From the NCBI GenBank assembly GCA_013239625.1, contig MU053472.1, forward strand, positions 1,178,001-1,242,000: a stretch of 64,000 nucleotides of DNA, in the 5' to 3' direction. The notes under the pieces were generated by a model that ran no database searches, was not told where the DNA came from, and saw only the letters and a list, made by a program, of their open reading frames with translations. Positions 1 through 11,098 of the stretch are shown one piece after another. Within the stretch, counting starts at the first letter, position 1, and each line of letters starts with the position of its first letter. The position numbers were made by a program, and so were the translations under genes. Source of the DNA: Lama guanicoe. Lineage: Eukaryota.

Positions 1-665
1 GGGGGGGGTGGCATTACTATCACTATGGCAACAGCAGGCAGCTTGTGTCAGCAGGGGGTGTGTGGACACGAACCTGTTCTCTTTGGTTCCCACGCAGCCT
101 GCAGCCTGCGGGGGATCTAAGCGCTAAGCCGCACCCCACCCCCTCCCCCTTGCCAGCTGAGGGCTCTCAGAGGTCTGAACTGCCCCTCCTCCTCCCCAGC
201 TACACCCCCTAACCTCCACCCCGTCCCTGCCCTCAAGGCAACATTCAGTGAGTAAGGTGGCAGCAGAACCAGGAAGTCCTAGCTCTTTGCAAGAGATTAG
301 GGGAGCCTTGGCCTCTCCCACCCCAGGCAGAGGGCGGACTACTCTCCCCTGTCCCTCTGACCCCACAGTAATATTAACCTGGCCAGTGGGAGCCGGAATG
401 GGCATAGCTTATCCAGGGCCCAGAGATCTGCCCGCCCTCCCTGCACCTGGAGGCTGAGCAGGTGCTGTCAGCGCTGCGCGACTCACAGCAAGGTCACTCC
501 TGGCCAGTCACTCCAGATGGGTGTGTTTCTGAGAACCTCCCCTTCTGGGTAATTTCACTCCCTCCGCTGTACCACTGCTCCCACTGCAGACCCCCTCTCT
601 GGAGAAGGTGCTCTAAGTTCCCTGTGCCCAGCCTGGCCTGGCCCCTGACACAGCTCTCCCCATCG

Positions 666-667
<2 letters not shown>

Positions 668-697
<30 letters not shown>
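668..697 (+). repeat. (AC)15 microsatellite
   Basis: Direct reading. Confidence 0.95.
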
Positions 698-699
<2 letters not shown>

Positions 700-2124
700 C
701 AGTGCAGCCGGCCAGGCCGGGGGAAGGCTCAGTGGCTGATAGTTTGGGCCACAATCTGACTTCTCTGGGGTCTGCAGTTCCCAGCACAGACCACGATGCA
801 CATTCACTGGATGCCCGCTGGTGCTGGCCACGAGCTTTAGAACAATCCTATGGGGGTGGTGTTTCTCCCGTCCCATGAGTGAGGACACCAAGGCACAGAG
901 AGGGGTTAACGGACTTTTCAGAACCTGGGGTCACTTCCCTGCACCTCCTGGGCTCCAAGGCCAGCTTTCTCCTTTGACAATCATCCGACTTCTGGGCCAG
1001 GGGCAGGGTGGGGTCTGCAGCACCCTGTCCCACCCTGTTACCACGTGCTGCTCCGCCTGCCTGGCAGGCTGTCTCCCTGGCCCCCTGTTTAGATTTGGCA
1101 TCTGGGTGGGAGCCAGGGACTAAAAATATTCCCCATGTGTTTAGATGGTTCTTAGAGAATAAACTTCCCCATCTTGGCTCTCAGTTTGCACACTTGCTGG
1201 CCCTGCTTCCTGTGGCTCTGATCTGACAGTGCAGGGAGGGGGTAAGGGAAGTGGGGGAAAGGGGAAAGTAGAAGGGTCTGGGGGGGCCCAGGGTCAAGGG
1301 TGGTGATGGTGGACGTGCACACATGCACGCGCATGTGGAAAGGCTGCTGCATCACTAGACCCCAGGGGGTGCCCGTCCAGGGACCACACTGTGAACGGTG
1401 CCCCAGCGTGCTGTGACCCTGAGGCTCCATGCTTCTGTGGGTTCCTTGGGGGTAGGAAGAGGGAGGGAAGTTGGTAAGCTTGTAGGAATGGACATGTGGC
1501 TTCCCCGCTCTGGGCCCCAGTTTATCCATCTGCAAAATGGGCTACGCTTGGCCCTTCTATCTGACTGGGCCTTGCAGAGCTCAGGCTCCTGCTGGTGACC
1601 TTGGGAGGAAGGCCAGGCCTCTGTCTGTGGGTGGGGCGCTGCTCCAGCACCTTGCCTTACACGAGTTCTAGCAGCTCTGTTTGTTTATCTGAATAGGGAC
1701 AAAGGCATTATCTCCTCTAGGGACTAAGGGCATGTCCCTGGCCCCCCTGCTCCCGGGGAGGGGCTTCCTTTGGAGGGAGCTACAGGACAGACAAGTCACA
1801 AGCCAGTTCCTTCCTCAGAGGCCTAGTCCCAGCGAGACTGGCTCCTCCTATGCCAAGTGCTGGCGGCTGCATAGCCTGGGAGGGTGGGGAGAGGCCCAGG
1901 GGACAGAGAAGGGACGTGGGGATGTTCTGGAACAAGATTGTTCTTTCCACAAGATTTGTCTTTCAACAAACGTTATCACTTCCTCCGTGCCGGGGACTGA
2001 AGATTCAGGGAGCAAAAACCCAGTCTGTGCCTGTACCCCAAGACTCCTGACTGAGGGGCAGACACGTAGCAGCAGGTCTACAAAATATAGGCCGTGGGGG
2101 GGACGCGCACAGACCTGGGCCTGA

Positions 2125-2262
2125 GTCCCTTTCCCCTACTGACTTGGTGAGCCGACTTTGGTAATTTAATTCACCTTTCCCAGCCTGTTTCTGCATCTGT
2201 AGGATGGGGACGAGGACGGGACTTACCTCAGAGGGTCGCTGTGAAGGTGGACAAAGATGCCC
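2125..2262 (+). mobile_element. MIR SINE remnant
   Basis: gcctgtttctgcatctgtaggatgggg...acttacctcagagggtcgctgtgaag resembles the MIR core. Confidence 0.6.
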
Positions 2263-2946
2263 AGCCAAGAGGCTGTATTTCACAATTCATGGTTATTATT
2301 ATGATTCTTTCTATTACAGACAGCACTGAAGGATGGGTAGGGCCTACAGATGGGGAAAACTGGCTGCTTCTGGGGATGGGGGTAGGGAATAAGGGGCCGA
2401 GGTTGGAGTTCTGAGTAGTGATGCACTGGTTCGCCTCTGGGGTCGGCAGCCAGTGCCCGGCGGGGTAGCAGTCGGGGCAGAAGCCACCGTCTCCACGGGG
2501 CTGCCTCTCTGCTCAGACACTCAGGGGCACCTCCACCCCTGCACTCCACCCCACCCACCCGTACACGGAGCAGCCCACTGAGCCAGACCTCCCAGTCTGA
2601 CCGTTGCCCAGAGTAGCCCAGGGTCACCCAGGGCATCATGAGGAGCCAAGGGGACCAGTGGACGCCCAGGCGGCCCTGCAGCTCTCCGGTCCTGCCTTGT
2701 TGGCTGGGGTCAGGGTGGGCGCCTGTTTTCTTGCTGCGTAATTGACTGGGCTGGGGCCTGGGTTCCCAGCTCACCTTCCTCCAGCCCCTCTCCTCCCGCT
2801 TCCCCTTCCCCAGGAGACTTGATTACCCACTCGCCCTCGGATGTGTCCCCCTCTCCAGCAGGGGCTCTGTCCCTGCTGTCTGCCAGCAGGCCTCTCCCGT
2901 CCAGGTTTGCTGCAGGCTTTCCCCAGCACATGGTCTGTACCCACCT

Positions 2947-3587
2947 GGGGTTGCCGGATAAATCTGAATTTCAGATAAAGAACAAAGAAATTTTAGTATG
3001 AGTATATCCACTGCAAGTTGCATGGGGCCCACTTACACTAAAACATTATTTGTTGTTTATCTTGTGGAATAAAATTCATATTTGATGGCAAGACAAGAAA
3101 AAATTTAGACATAAAACATTCTCTGCCCTTTGGCCTCCTCTCGCCGCACTGTGCCTTATGTATCTGCATTGTGCGTGGACCAGAACTCCCCCATCAGCAG
3201 GAACACCTGCTCAGCCATAAAGAGCAATATTCTAGCATCAGCAAGACAGCTCCTTAAAAGATAACATTTCTTCTTGATCTTGTAAGGGGTAACATGACCC
3301 AGCAGGATGATGCTTAGATCGGGATTATGTAAACTGCCAATAATCCGTCATTGGATGTAAAACCCTTGGTCTCAAAAAAAATAAAACTGTGCCTTGATTT
3401 CTAACCAGCAGAACAGTTCTCAGAAGAGCTTTCTGAGATGTTCTTCCCAGGTTATAATCCTCAAATTTGGCTCGAATAAAATTTTCCATTTCTTTCTTAG
3501 ACCCACTGATTAACTTTTCATCGACAATTTGAAAATTCCATTGCGCTAGGTGCCGTGTATTTGGATTTCCTAGGTCTGATGGCCCTA
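2947..3587 (+). mobile_element. MER53-like palindromic MITE (DNA transposon), split by an LTR at 3063-3526
   Basis: ggggttgcc..gataaa..tgaatttcagataa...ttgcatggg..acttacactaaa..ttatttgttgtttatct and the resumed tail ...tctgatggccct resemble the MER53 consensus as I recall it. Confidence 0.75.
3063..3526 (+). mobile_element. Solo ERV1-type LTR
   Basis: TG...CA termini; AATAAA at 3475-3480; 4-bp TSD atct/attt; interrupts MER53. Confidence 0.8.
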
Positions 3588-4391
3588 CCCCCACCCCACC
3601 TACCCCAGGGGAAACCACCACCCCTTCCTCCTCCCTGCCACCCTCCCTCTCCCTCCAGCCAGCCACAACTTCCAGGAACTGCTGGCAGACAGGTCAATGG
3701 GTTTTCCCTCCCGGAATAGGTGATTCCGGTCTATGGGGCTCCGCGTGCGGAGGGCAGCCCGGCCGCCTCCAAGAGGGCGTTGGAGCAGGCCCTTCTGCCA
3801 GTGGATTTCCTCCCCACTGTTTTCCAACGAATTGGGAGAGGCCGGTGCCAAGGAAACTTCTTTATCTTTCTCTCTTGGTCTCCGCCTGCCCCCCCCCCGC
3901 GCACCCCCCGCCCCCAGCTGAGCTGGACGTGCCAGGGCTCCCTTCCTGCAGTCCTGCTCCCGCCCATCATCCCAGGCACCTCCAGCGGAAGGGAGCCCTC
4001 AGGCAGCGCCTGGCTGCCGTCCTGGGTGGGGTCTGAAGGGGCCTGATGCCAGGGTTTTATTTACAAAGTGAGGAAAGACTCAAGAGGTGCAGGACCCCGT
4101 CAGGACAGGAACGCCTGACTCCGTCACAGCCTGGGGTGCAGACAGAGGATCCAGACACCAGCAGACAGTTGAGTCCCCTCTGCAAATTAGATGCTCTTCC
4201 TCTAACTCCTTGGACCTGGTAATCTCTGATCTCTTTAACTCCCTTTAGCTAGCACTATTTGCATACCTACCCTGTTACACAAGGCCCTTTATATCTATGA
4301 TCTCATTTAATCCTGAGAGCAACCTTTAGAACATAAACTCCCAGTGGAGCAGCTGCTTCAGGACAGGGTTTTTTCATCTGTTTCCTGCCAG

Positions 4392-4803
4392 TGGTGGACG
4401 CTGTGATGCACAGTTCAGAGCCCCCTTCAAGGGACGCCGTGTCCCAGCACTGGGTGCTGAGGGCAGACATCTTCAGTTGTTGATGTCTCCAGGGAGAGGA
4501 ATCCTCTTCATTCAAGGTCACACTCGTTTCTGTAGGCCCCCAGCTAATGACTGATCGATCAATGGGGAGGATAAAGGGGGGGCCCCAATTTAGGGTGACT
4601 CCAAAGAGCCACTCCAGGTGCAGAACTTGAAACAGTGGGGCCAGTGGAGGTTACCACTGGGCCCGTGAGGCCATCCACTTCTCCCTCTTTGCAATCCTGT
4701 TTCCGTCCCCTCCCCGCCACAGGTGTTGGTCCTAGAGGAACTCCTTAGTAAACGTCCTGCACACTAAACTCCATCGGCTTCCTGGAAGCCAACCCCAGGG
4801 ACA
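4392..4803 (+). mobile_element. LTR16-like (ERVL) solo LTR, old
   Basis: 3' motif cacaggtgttggtcctagaggaactccttagtaaacgtcctgcacactaaactcc resembles the LTR16 family. Confidence 0.65.
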
Positions 4804-7800
4804 TCAAGCGTCCAGACAGCACAGAGCATGGAGCAGACTCTCAATCCATACAGGTTTGGAAGCTCCCTGGGGCTGGCACTGGCATTGCTGGTCCTGACCT
4901 ACACAAGTAACAGCATAACAACAGCAGCTGAGACGCACCCAAGTGAAGCTATCTGACGTGCTCTCTATCTCAGTCCTTAGAACGAGCTTCTGAGATGGGC
5001 GTTTTTGTTTTCTCCGTTTTCAGATGACATGAAATACATGGGACCCAGGGCTAGCAAGTGGTAGAGTAGGAGGAGGATTTGGATCCAGATGATTTGATGC
5101 TCAAGCCCACCCTCTTCCCATCACTTTTTGGAAGGAAACTGAAACAGAGAGGTAAAGAAACTTGCCCCTCCCCAGCCAGTGAGTGGCTACCAGGTCGACA
5201 AACCCAGCAGTGCTTGCCTGAGCTGAGTGCTGCGGGCCTGAAAGAGCTTCAGAGGAAAGCTTGGACCTAGAAGCCAGCAAGCCAGCTATGGATGGTGGGG
5301 ACGTGTGCTGTCCCCTAGAGCTGGGATGTGCTCCCTGCCTCTCCCCTGCTTGTGGCTCTTCTCATGAGGTCTACACAGCAGCCAAAACCCAGCTTAAAAG
5401 TGACTCCTTTGTGAAGACTTTCCCGATCTCTGCTCCCGTCCTGCTCCCACACCAAGACCCCCAAAGGGAAGACTGGAGGACCCTGTCTTAGCCATCAGAA
5501 AATGGAAGTGCCGGGCCGAGGTTGGCCAGACAGTGGGAGGCAGGCAGCAGATGTTGGCAGGGTGAGTGAATAAAGGGAAAAATGATTAACAAACACAGAA
5601 TTAGCAGGCACCATTCCAGGGCTGGGACTAAATATTTATCTAGCCCATTGGGCAATCCTGAGAGATAAGCCTGGTTTCTGAGCTCTATTTATGCAGACTT
5701 TCCTTCAGTGACTGACACAATCAGCCTGATTTGGTTATAGTTTGAACAGCTGTTTCCACATGTGGGGACTGGGTGCACGAGGTGCCTGATCCTTGGCTTC
5801 CGCTGTTCTCTGGCATCACGCGTCCTCCCCAGTATATCTGCTTCCCAATCTTTGGGCTCTAAATGATGCTGCCCCTCCACCCTGCAGGCCTGGCCAGGCT
5901 CCACGAGGCTGCGGGTCACCTCGGGTGGGCTTACAATGTGGGCTCTAGCTTAAGCTGTGGGTGGGCGTGCAGTCATAGGGTGGAGGGTGTGAGGTCTGAC
6001 TCACCTGGGCACACAGCCTGAGTGGCCTCCTGGGAGGCACCCCTCTTAAGGGAGAGGAGTTGGGTGTGACATGCTGGGTCCAAGTGAAGCCTCGGAGCTA
6101 TAGGCGTGGAGGGGCGTGGAGTTGGGTGTGACATCTGTTGGTCAGCCTCTGGGATTCACACATGAAAACCAGAAGAGCCATTTCACCAAAACACAAACGT
6201 GTCGGGGAAAGCAGTTCTGCTGCGGGAACACTCAAGTGGAGTAGAAGGGACCAGTGGTGGCCCCAGTCCTGGTGCTCAGTCTGTGAGGCGAGGCGCGGTG
6301 GTGTTGGATGAGGGGTACCCAAAAGATCGGGTGGTCCTGCCCAGTGGAAAACCACATCACAGCGGAAAGGACTTGTTTAAGACACATTTAGACCCTCTGG
6401 AGGCTGGCATCAATGTGGAGACGGAGAGTGGGGTTTCTCAGGGGTGAGAGTAAGATCCAGTGAATCCTGTGGCATCACAGAGCGTGACCTTTCACTGCGT
6501 CCAAGGCTGCTTTGGTCAGGCCAGAAGCTGGTGAAATTCCCAGCCACTGCCGCGTGGAGTGTGATGACAGATCAAGTTCTGGGAGCCGCATGAGGCTGGC
6601 CCGTGCTCTAGATGAGGAAACGGATTCCTCGACCAGCTACCAATGTAGACAGGATGACAGTCGAAATGTTTCGTCTGAGCCTTCTCCCGGGGCAGCAGCC
6701 ACGCCCCCCACTCCCAGAAGGGCATCCCATGGGCAGTGCAGCAGGCCCTCGGCTTCAGTATTTCTCTTCCAGTCGGTTAGGGAGTCTAGCTTTCCCTCCA
6801 AATTTATACTGGTTGCATCCCTAGAGTCCAAATTAGGCATACATTCTCCCCCCATCTCTTCCTTCCTTCTCTGTCTCTCTCTCTTTTGACATATACCAGT
6901 TTTGGATTGAGGCCTAACATTCTATTGCCATCAAAGGGGACAGATGAGAAAACCAAAGCTGGGCTCATAAACCCTGGGGAAAAAGACAACAGGCTGCCTC
7001 TATGGGGCTCAGCACGGTCAGAACTGGATGGAAAGCAGCCGAGGTGACTGCTTGCTGCTTGATGGCTGCGCTACGGTGGCCGGATGGACATGTGGTATTC
7101 GGTTTAGAAGGCTTATGGGCGCAGACACCTGGGTATAAACTGTCAGGCTCAATTGTTCTCCCTCCTTTTCCAGGAAGGGCCAGGAAGGAAGAGGCCCCAG
7201 CTGAAGGGAAGAGACATGGTCCTCAGTGGGTCCAGCATAGTGAGGTGGCCGGTCTGGCAGGGGGCCAGTGGGGGGAGCATGGGATTTTCACAGTTTCTGT
7301 GGCTGTTGGCTGCCTTCCCCAAACCAGTTCACTCAGTCCTTGTCTGTCTTTCTCATCCTGCCTCTGCAACTATCACATCCCTGTTAAATCCCTGATAAGA
7401 TACTATCAGACACTCTAAAGTCCAGTTTGGAGCTAGTGGCCTTGACCTGCCCGAGTCCTTTCTTTCTCCCTCCCTGGTCCCACCTCTCCTTCTACACCCT
7501 TTTCCTCCCTCTGTCCAGCTCCTGAGATTGATCCCTGGGCCCCCAGAAATGAAGAGAACAAACCTAGGACATGTCTCCCTCAGGAGTCACCCGCAAGGCT
7601 ATTTTGCTCCCAAGTTTTTCATCTTCTAGGAAGAGGGGGAAGAGGCCGCTTTCAGTACACCTACTTCCTCTCCTTATGTAACAATGGTATTTGCATAAGT
7701 TATCAGTTGTAAAAGGGGTTCACGTTCACTTTCTCATTCAGTGATTATCAAACACTGTTTGGATGATCCTTATTCCTTGTCAGATCTCAGGATGATTGAT

Positions 7801-7914
7801 CAACAGTCCTGCCGTTGCCAAGTGATGGATCACAGACCTCAGTTCAGGCGGAAGTGAGGGAGTGTAGAATCAGCCACTTTAACCTGGAGTTGGCTCCAGC
7901 TCAGAAATGCTCCA

Positions 7915-8078
7915 TCTGTGTGATACTTTGGGCAAGAGATTTAATCTCACTGAATCTGTTTCCTCATTGATAAAATGAGATGATAAATGCATCTCTCATA
8001 GAGTGGTGGTGAGCATAAAATAAGGAACAAAACACACATAGCTTGCCACACACACTGGCAAACAGTAAATGTCTGCTC
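7915..8078 (+). mobile_element. MIR SINE remnant
   Basis: ttgggcaagagatttaatctcactgaatctgtttcctcattgataaaatgaga. Confidence 0.7.
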
Positions 8079-8521
8079 AATGGCTAAGTGCCCTCTCTGA
8101 TTTTCCTCCTGATTCCAAGTGCAGGACTAGCCTGTCTGCCACATAGTAGGTACTCATTAAACATTCGATGTTTGAGTGATAAACTCTGCCCCTCTCCCTT
8201 TCCCATGTCTCCCAAAGTGAGAGGATGTTTATTTGCCACTCCAAGCTGCGGGGAGCTCTGCAAACAAGGAGTGGCAGCAGTAACTGTCTCCTGCTGGCGC
8301 AATGAAAGGCCACAGCCCCCTGGGCTGGCTCCGTATAGATGCCAAGCCACAGGCTCATTGGAGCATCTCTACAGGGAGGGAGGGAAGTTGACCGGCCTTC
8401 ACTCTAGTTGGTTTGGCTTTCCTCCCTGCCCAGATGTACTGAGTGTAGCAAAATGACTTTGAAAAGTCCCACCCTACTGCCGTCGCGATTTCCAGCAGAT
8501 CTAATAAGGGTGCTCTCCTGT

Positions 8522-9157
8522 TGAAATGGAGCAGGACTCTGCGCGACCCTCCTGGGTTCAAAATCCCCTCCACGCCACCCCCTTTCCCATTTTTTGTTTG
8601 CAGAAAAAGGCTGTAGTCTCCTAGGCCTTCCCTAAGCTCCAAAGAGCAGATTCAAGCAGTTAACTAATAAGGACAGTGAGGAAATGCAAAAACAAAGGAA
8701 AAGCAATCAAGAAACTACAGTTCAGCTGTAAAACAGAGTCCTAGTTCCCCGTCAAGGGATATACATAACAATCTGATGCATATCTTTGAGTTGTTCTGCA
8801 GAAAAGAGGACTAGTGCTGACCACAAACACGGAGACCTCAGGCTGATTGGAACCAGAAGGTCCACGATGTTGACTCTCAAAATAATCAACCTGTCACGTC
8901 ACCGCGCACCAATCAGAGTACTGTGCACGAGCTGATCACGCACCCCAGGACCTCGACCCCTTTACCCCTTTTGCCTTTAGAAATCTTATGCTCAGCCGAG
9001 CCGGTAAAATGGATGAGAGACAAACCCATGCCTCTGCCTCCATCGTCTCTGTCGGCGGGGTCTCTGTCAATAAACCTTTCTCTATTCCAAACATCGCGGT
9101 GTTTTGGTTCGTTTGGCCACACTGTGCGCTGGGCGCGCAAGCTTGGGTCGGACAACG
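8522..9157 (+). mobile_element. Solo ERV1-type LTR, CpG-rich
   Basis: Starts tgaaatggagcagg, ends gacaacg (CA changed to CG); perfect 4-bp TSD ctgt; CCAAT near 8909; AATAAA near 9069. Confidence 0.8.
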
Positions 9158-9339
9158 CTGTTGCTGGGGGCCACTGGCTGGGAGCTCTTCTTCTCCCTGA
9201 ATGCGGTAGGCGCCCCGGGTGCCTTACTGAACGTCTGATCCGGAGCCTCCGAGGCGGCTCAAGCTGCACCCCACCCCCACTCACCTCCAACGTCGTCAGA
9301 TTTAGCTGTAGGTCCTTTGGGTGAAATGGAATTGGTAAT

Positions 9340-9462
9340 GGAAAAGAATCTGAAAAGAAAAAAAAAATACATGCATGTGTATGTATAGCTGAATTACTTT
9401 GCTGAACACCCGAAACTAACATTGTAAATCAACTACGCTTTCCTACAAATAAAAATAAAAAA
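9340..9462 (+). mobile_element. L1 3'-tail fragment
   Basis: tgtatagctgaattactttgctgaacacccgaaactaacattgtaaatcaactac followed by an A-rich tail. Confidence 0.75.
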
Positions 9463-10118
9463 TGTAGTTGGAAGAAAGGGTCCTGTCCCAGTGCTGTTTC
9501 AAAATAAAAGCTGAGGACTACTGACCTGAAACAAACCATTCCTGAGTCACAAGGGAACTGAGGCCCTGGGGAGACAAGTGACCTGTCCCAAGTCAAACAC
9601 TTCACGAAACGGGCTAGATTTCTGGTCCTTTGCTTTCTGTGGTTGCAGCCAAGATGCTGCCCTAAACTTGGAGCTAGAGCAGCCTCTGACTACTACAGTC
9701 ACCTCCTGATCCATTTTGGGGGGGCCCTCTGCTGACCCTCAAGAGGGAAGACCCCCTTCTATAATCCCAGTGAGCACTGGGGGTTCACCATCAGTGCAGA
9801 GGATCCTGCCATGAAGAACAGCAGAAGCCTGATCCCCAGGGACCCTCAAGTGCTTTGGTTGCCTCCAACCAGCCCCCTCTCCTTTCTGGACCCTCCTCTC
9901 CTCCGGTCTCCAGACCACGCTCAACAGGCTCCTTTCTCTCACATGCCTTCCTTCTCCCCACCCACAGCCTTTCCTAGACTTCCTCCTACCTGCAGCCTGC
10001 TTTCTTCTTTTTCCTCTGCTTCCTTTGATCTTCTTGGAGCACTTTAAGCCTGGTAGTCATCTACATTCCTCTTGGGTTTGTGATAAAGTCTAAAATTCAT
10101 TATCAAGAGAAATTTCAG

Positions 10119-10279
10119 GCCGCCTCTCTCACTTCCTCATCTTCGGAGACGGCCCACACTCTGTGGAGTGTGTACCTACTTTTACTTTAACCTGAGCACC
10201 CAAACCCCTTTTGAAACAGCCTACACTCTATGCAGTATGTATCTCTCTAAATAAATCTACCTTTACCCCCCAAAAAAAA
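10119..10279 (+). mobile_element. Retroposed LTR-derived fragment with poly(A) tail and TSD
   Basis: Two units of (g/a)ac(g/a)gcc.acactct.tg.agt.tgta, AATAAA 10250-10255, A8 tail, TSD aaatttcag. Confidence 0.65.
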
Positions 10280-10855
10280 TTTCAGCAAGAGTGGATTGTG
10301 TATATGAAAAAGAGAACATTTACAGCAAACACCAATTTGCTTATAAGGAAAGAGTTATGTTACCGTACATGAAAATTTGCTTTTAGTGAAATGGTTTCAG
10401 ATTAGTGTGTATTCACAAAAAACACATAAAAATGTTTTGCAACCATGCCCAAATGCTTGGCAACGTGAAACCCTTCTGTTGGAAGAGGTCTGACCTTCCA
10501 AGGCTTTCACAACATGGTTTCTTTTCTCCTGCTCATCATCTTCCCCTGGGCTCCTTGTGCACCTGCAGCTCGCCTCACACAGACCTCCACAGCCTGTGGA
10601 ATGCACTCCCTCCGCTCCCGGTTTCCACCAGACTGCTTTGCACGCTTCTGACGATAAAATCCTGGTCTTGCTTCATAGTGTAGCTCGCTTCCTTTTTCCA
10701 TTTGTTTTTCACTAAGTACTTTGCCAACAGCTACTGTTTAATGTCCTCAGTTGTCATTTCATCAGAGATGATTATATTGATCACTCCTCCTTCCAGGTGT
10801 GCATGTGCATATCCTTTTCCTCATTAGACTGAAAGTAATGATCCATTCCCTGGAG

Positions 10856-11098
10856 CAGTGGTTTCCATAAATGACTGATCTGCAGACCAGTGCTAACTGG
10901 CTGCCAAAGAATCTCCCCTGAGAAACTTATTAAAGCAGATTCTTGGACTGCATGGGAGAAGATCTCATAAATCTGAGTGTAAACAGGCCTAGCACGCAGG
11001 TGTAATATGGCAGTGATGGGTGCGACTCTGCAATCAGCACACTTAACAAGCTCCTGGTTGATTTTGATGCTGATGAATTGCTAGGTTGGGAAAAGCTG
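10856..11098. mobile_element. MER5-like hAT-Charlie DNA transposon remnant
   Basis: cagtggtttcc...ttaaagcagattcttggac...ctcctggttgattttgatgc...ggttgggaaaagctg. Confidence 0.55.

Noticed and set aside
124..9422. Many 60-170 aa ORFs in the GC-rich left region, or exons of CA4
   Set aside because: No recognisable domains or carbonic anhydrase motifs and no consistent splice chain. Several ORFs run through microsatellites or LTRs, as expected by chance in GC-rich DNA.
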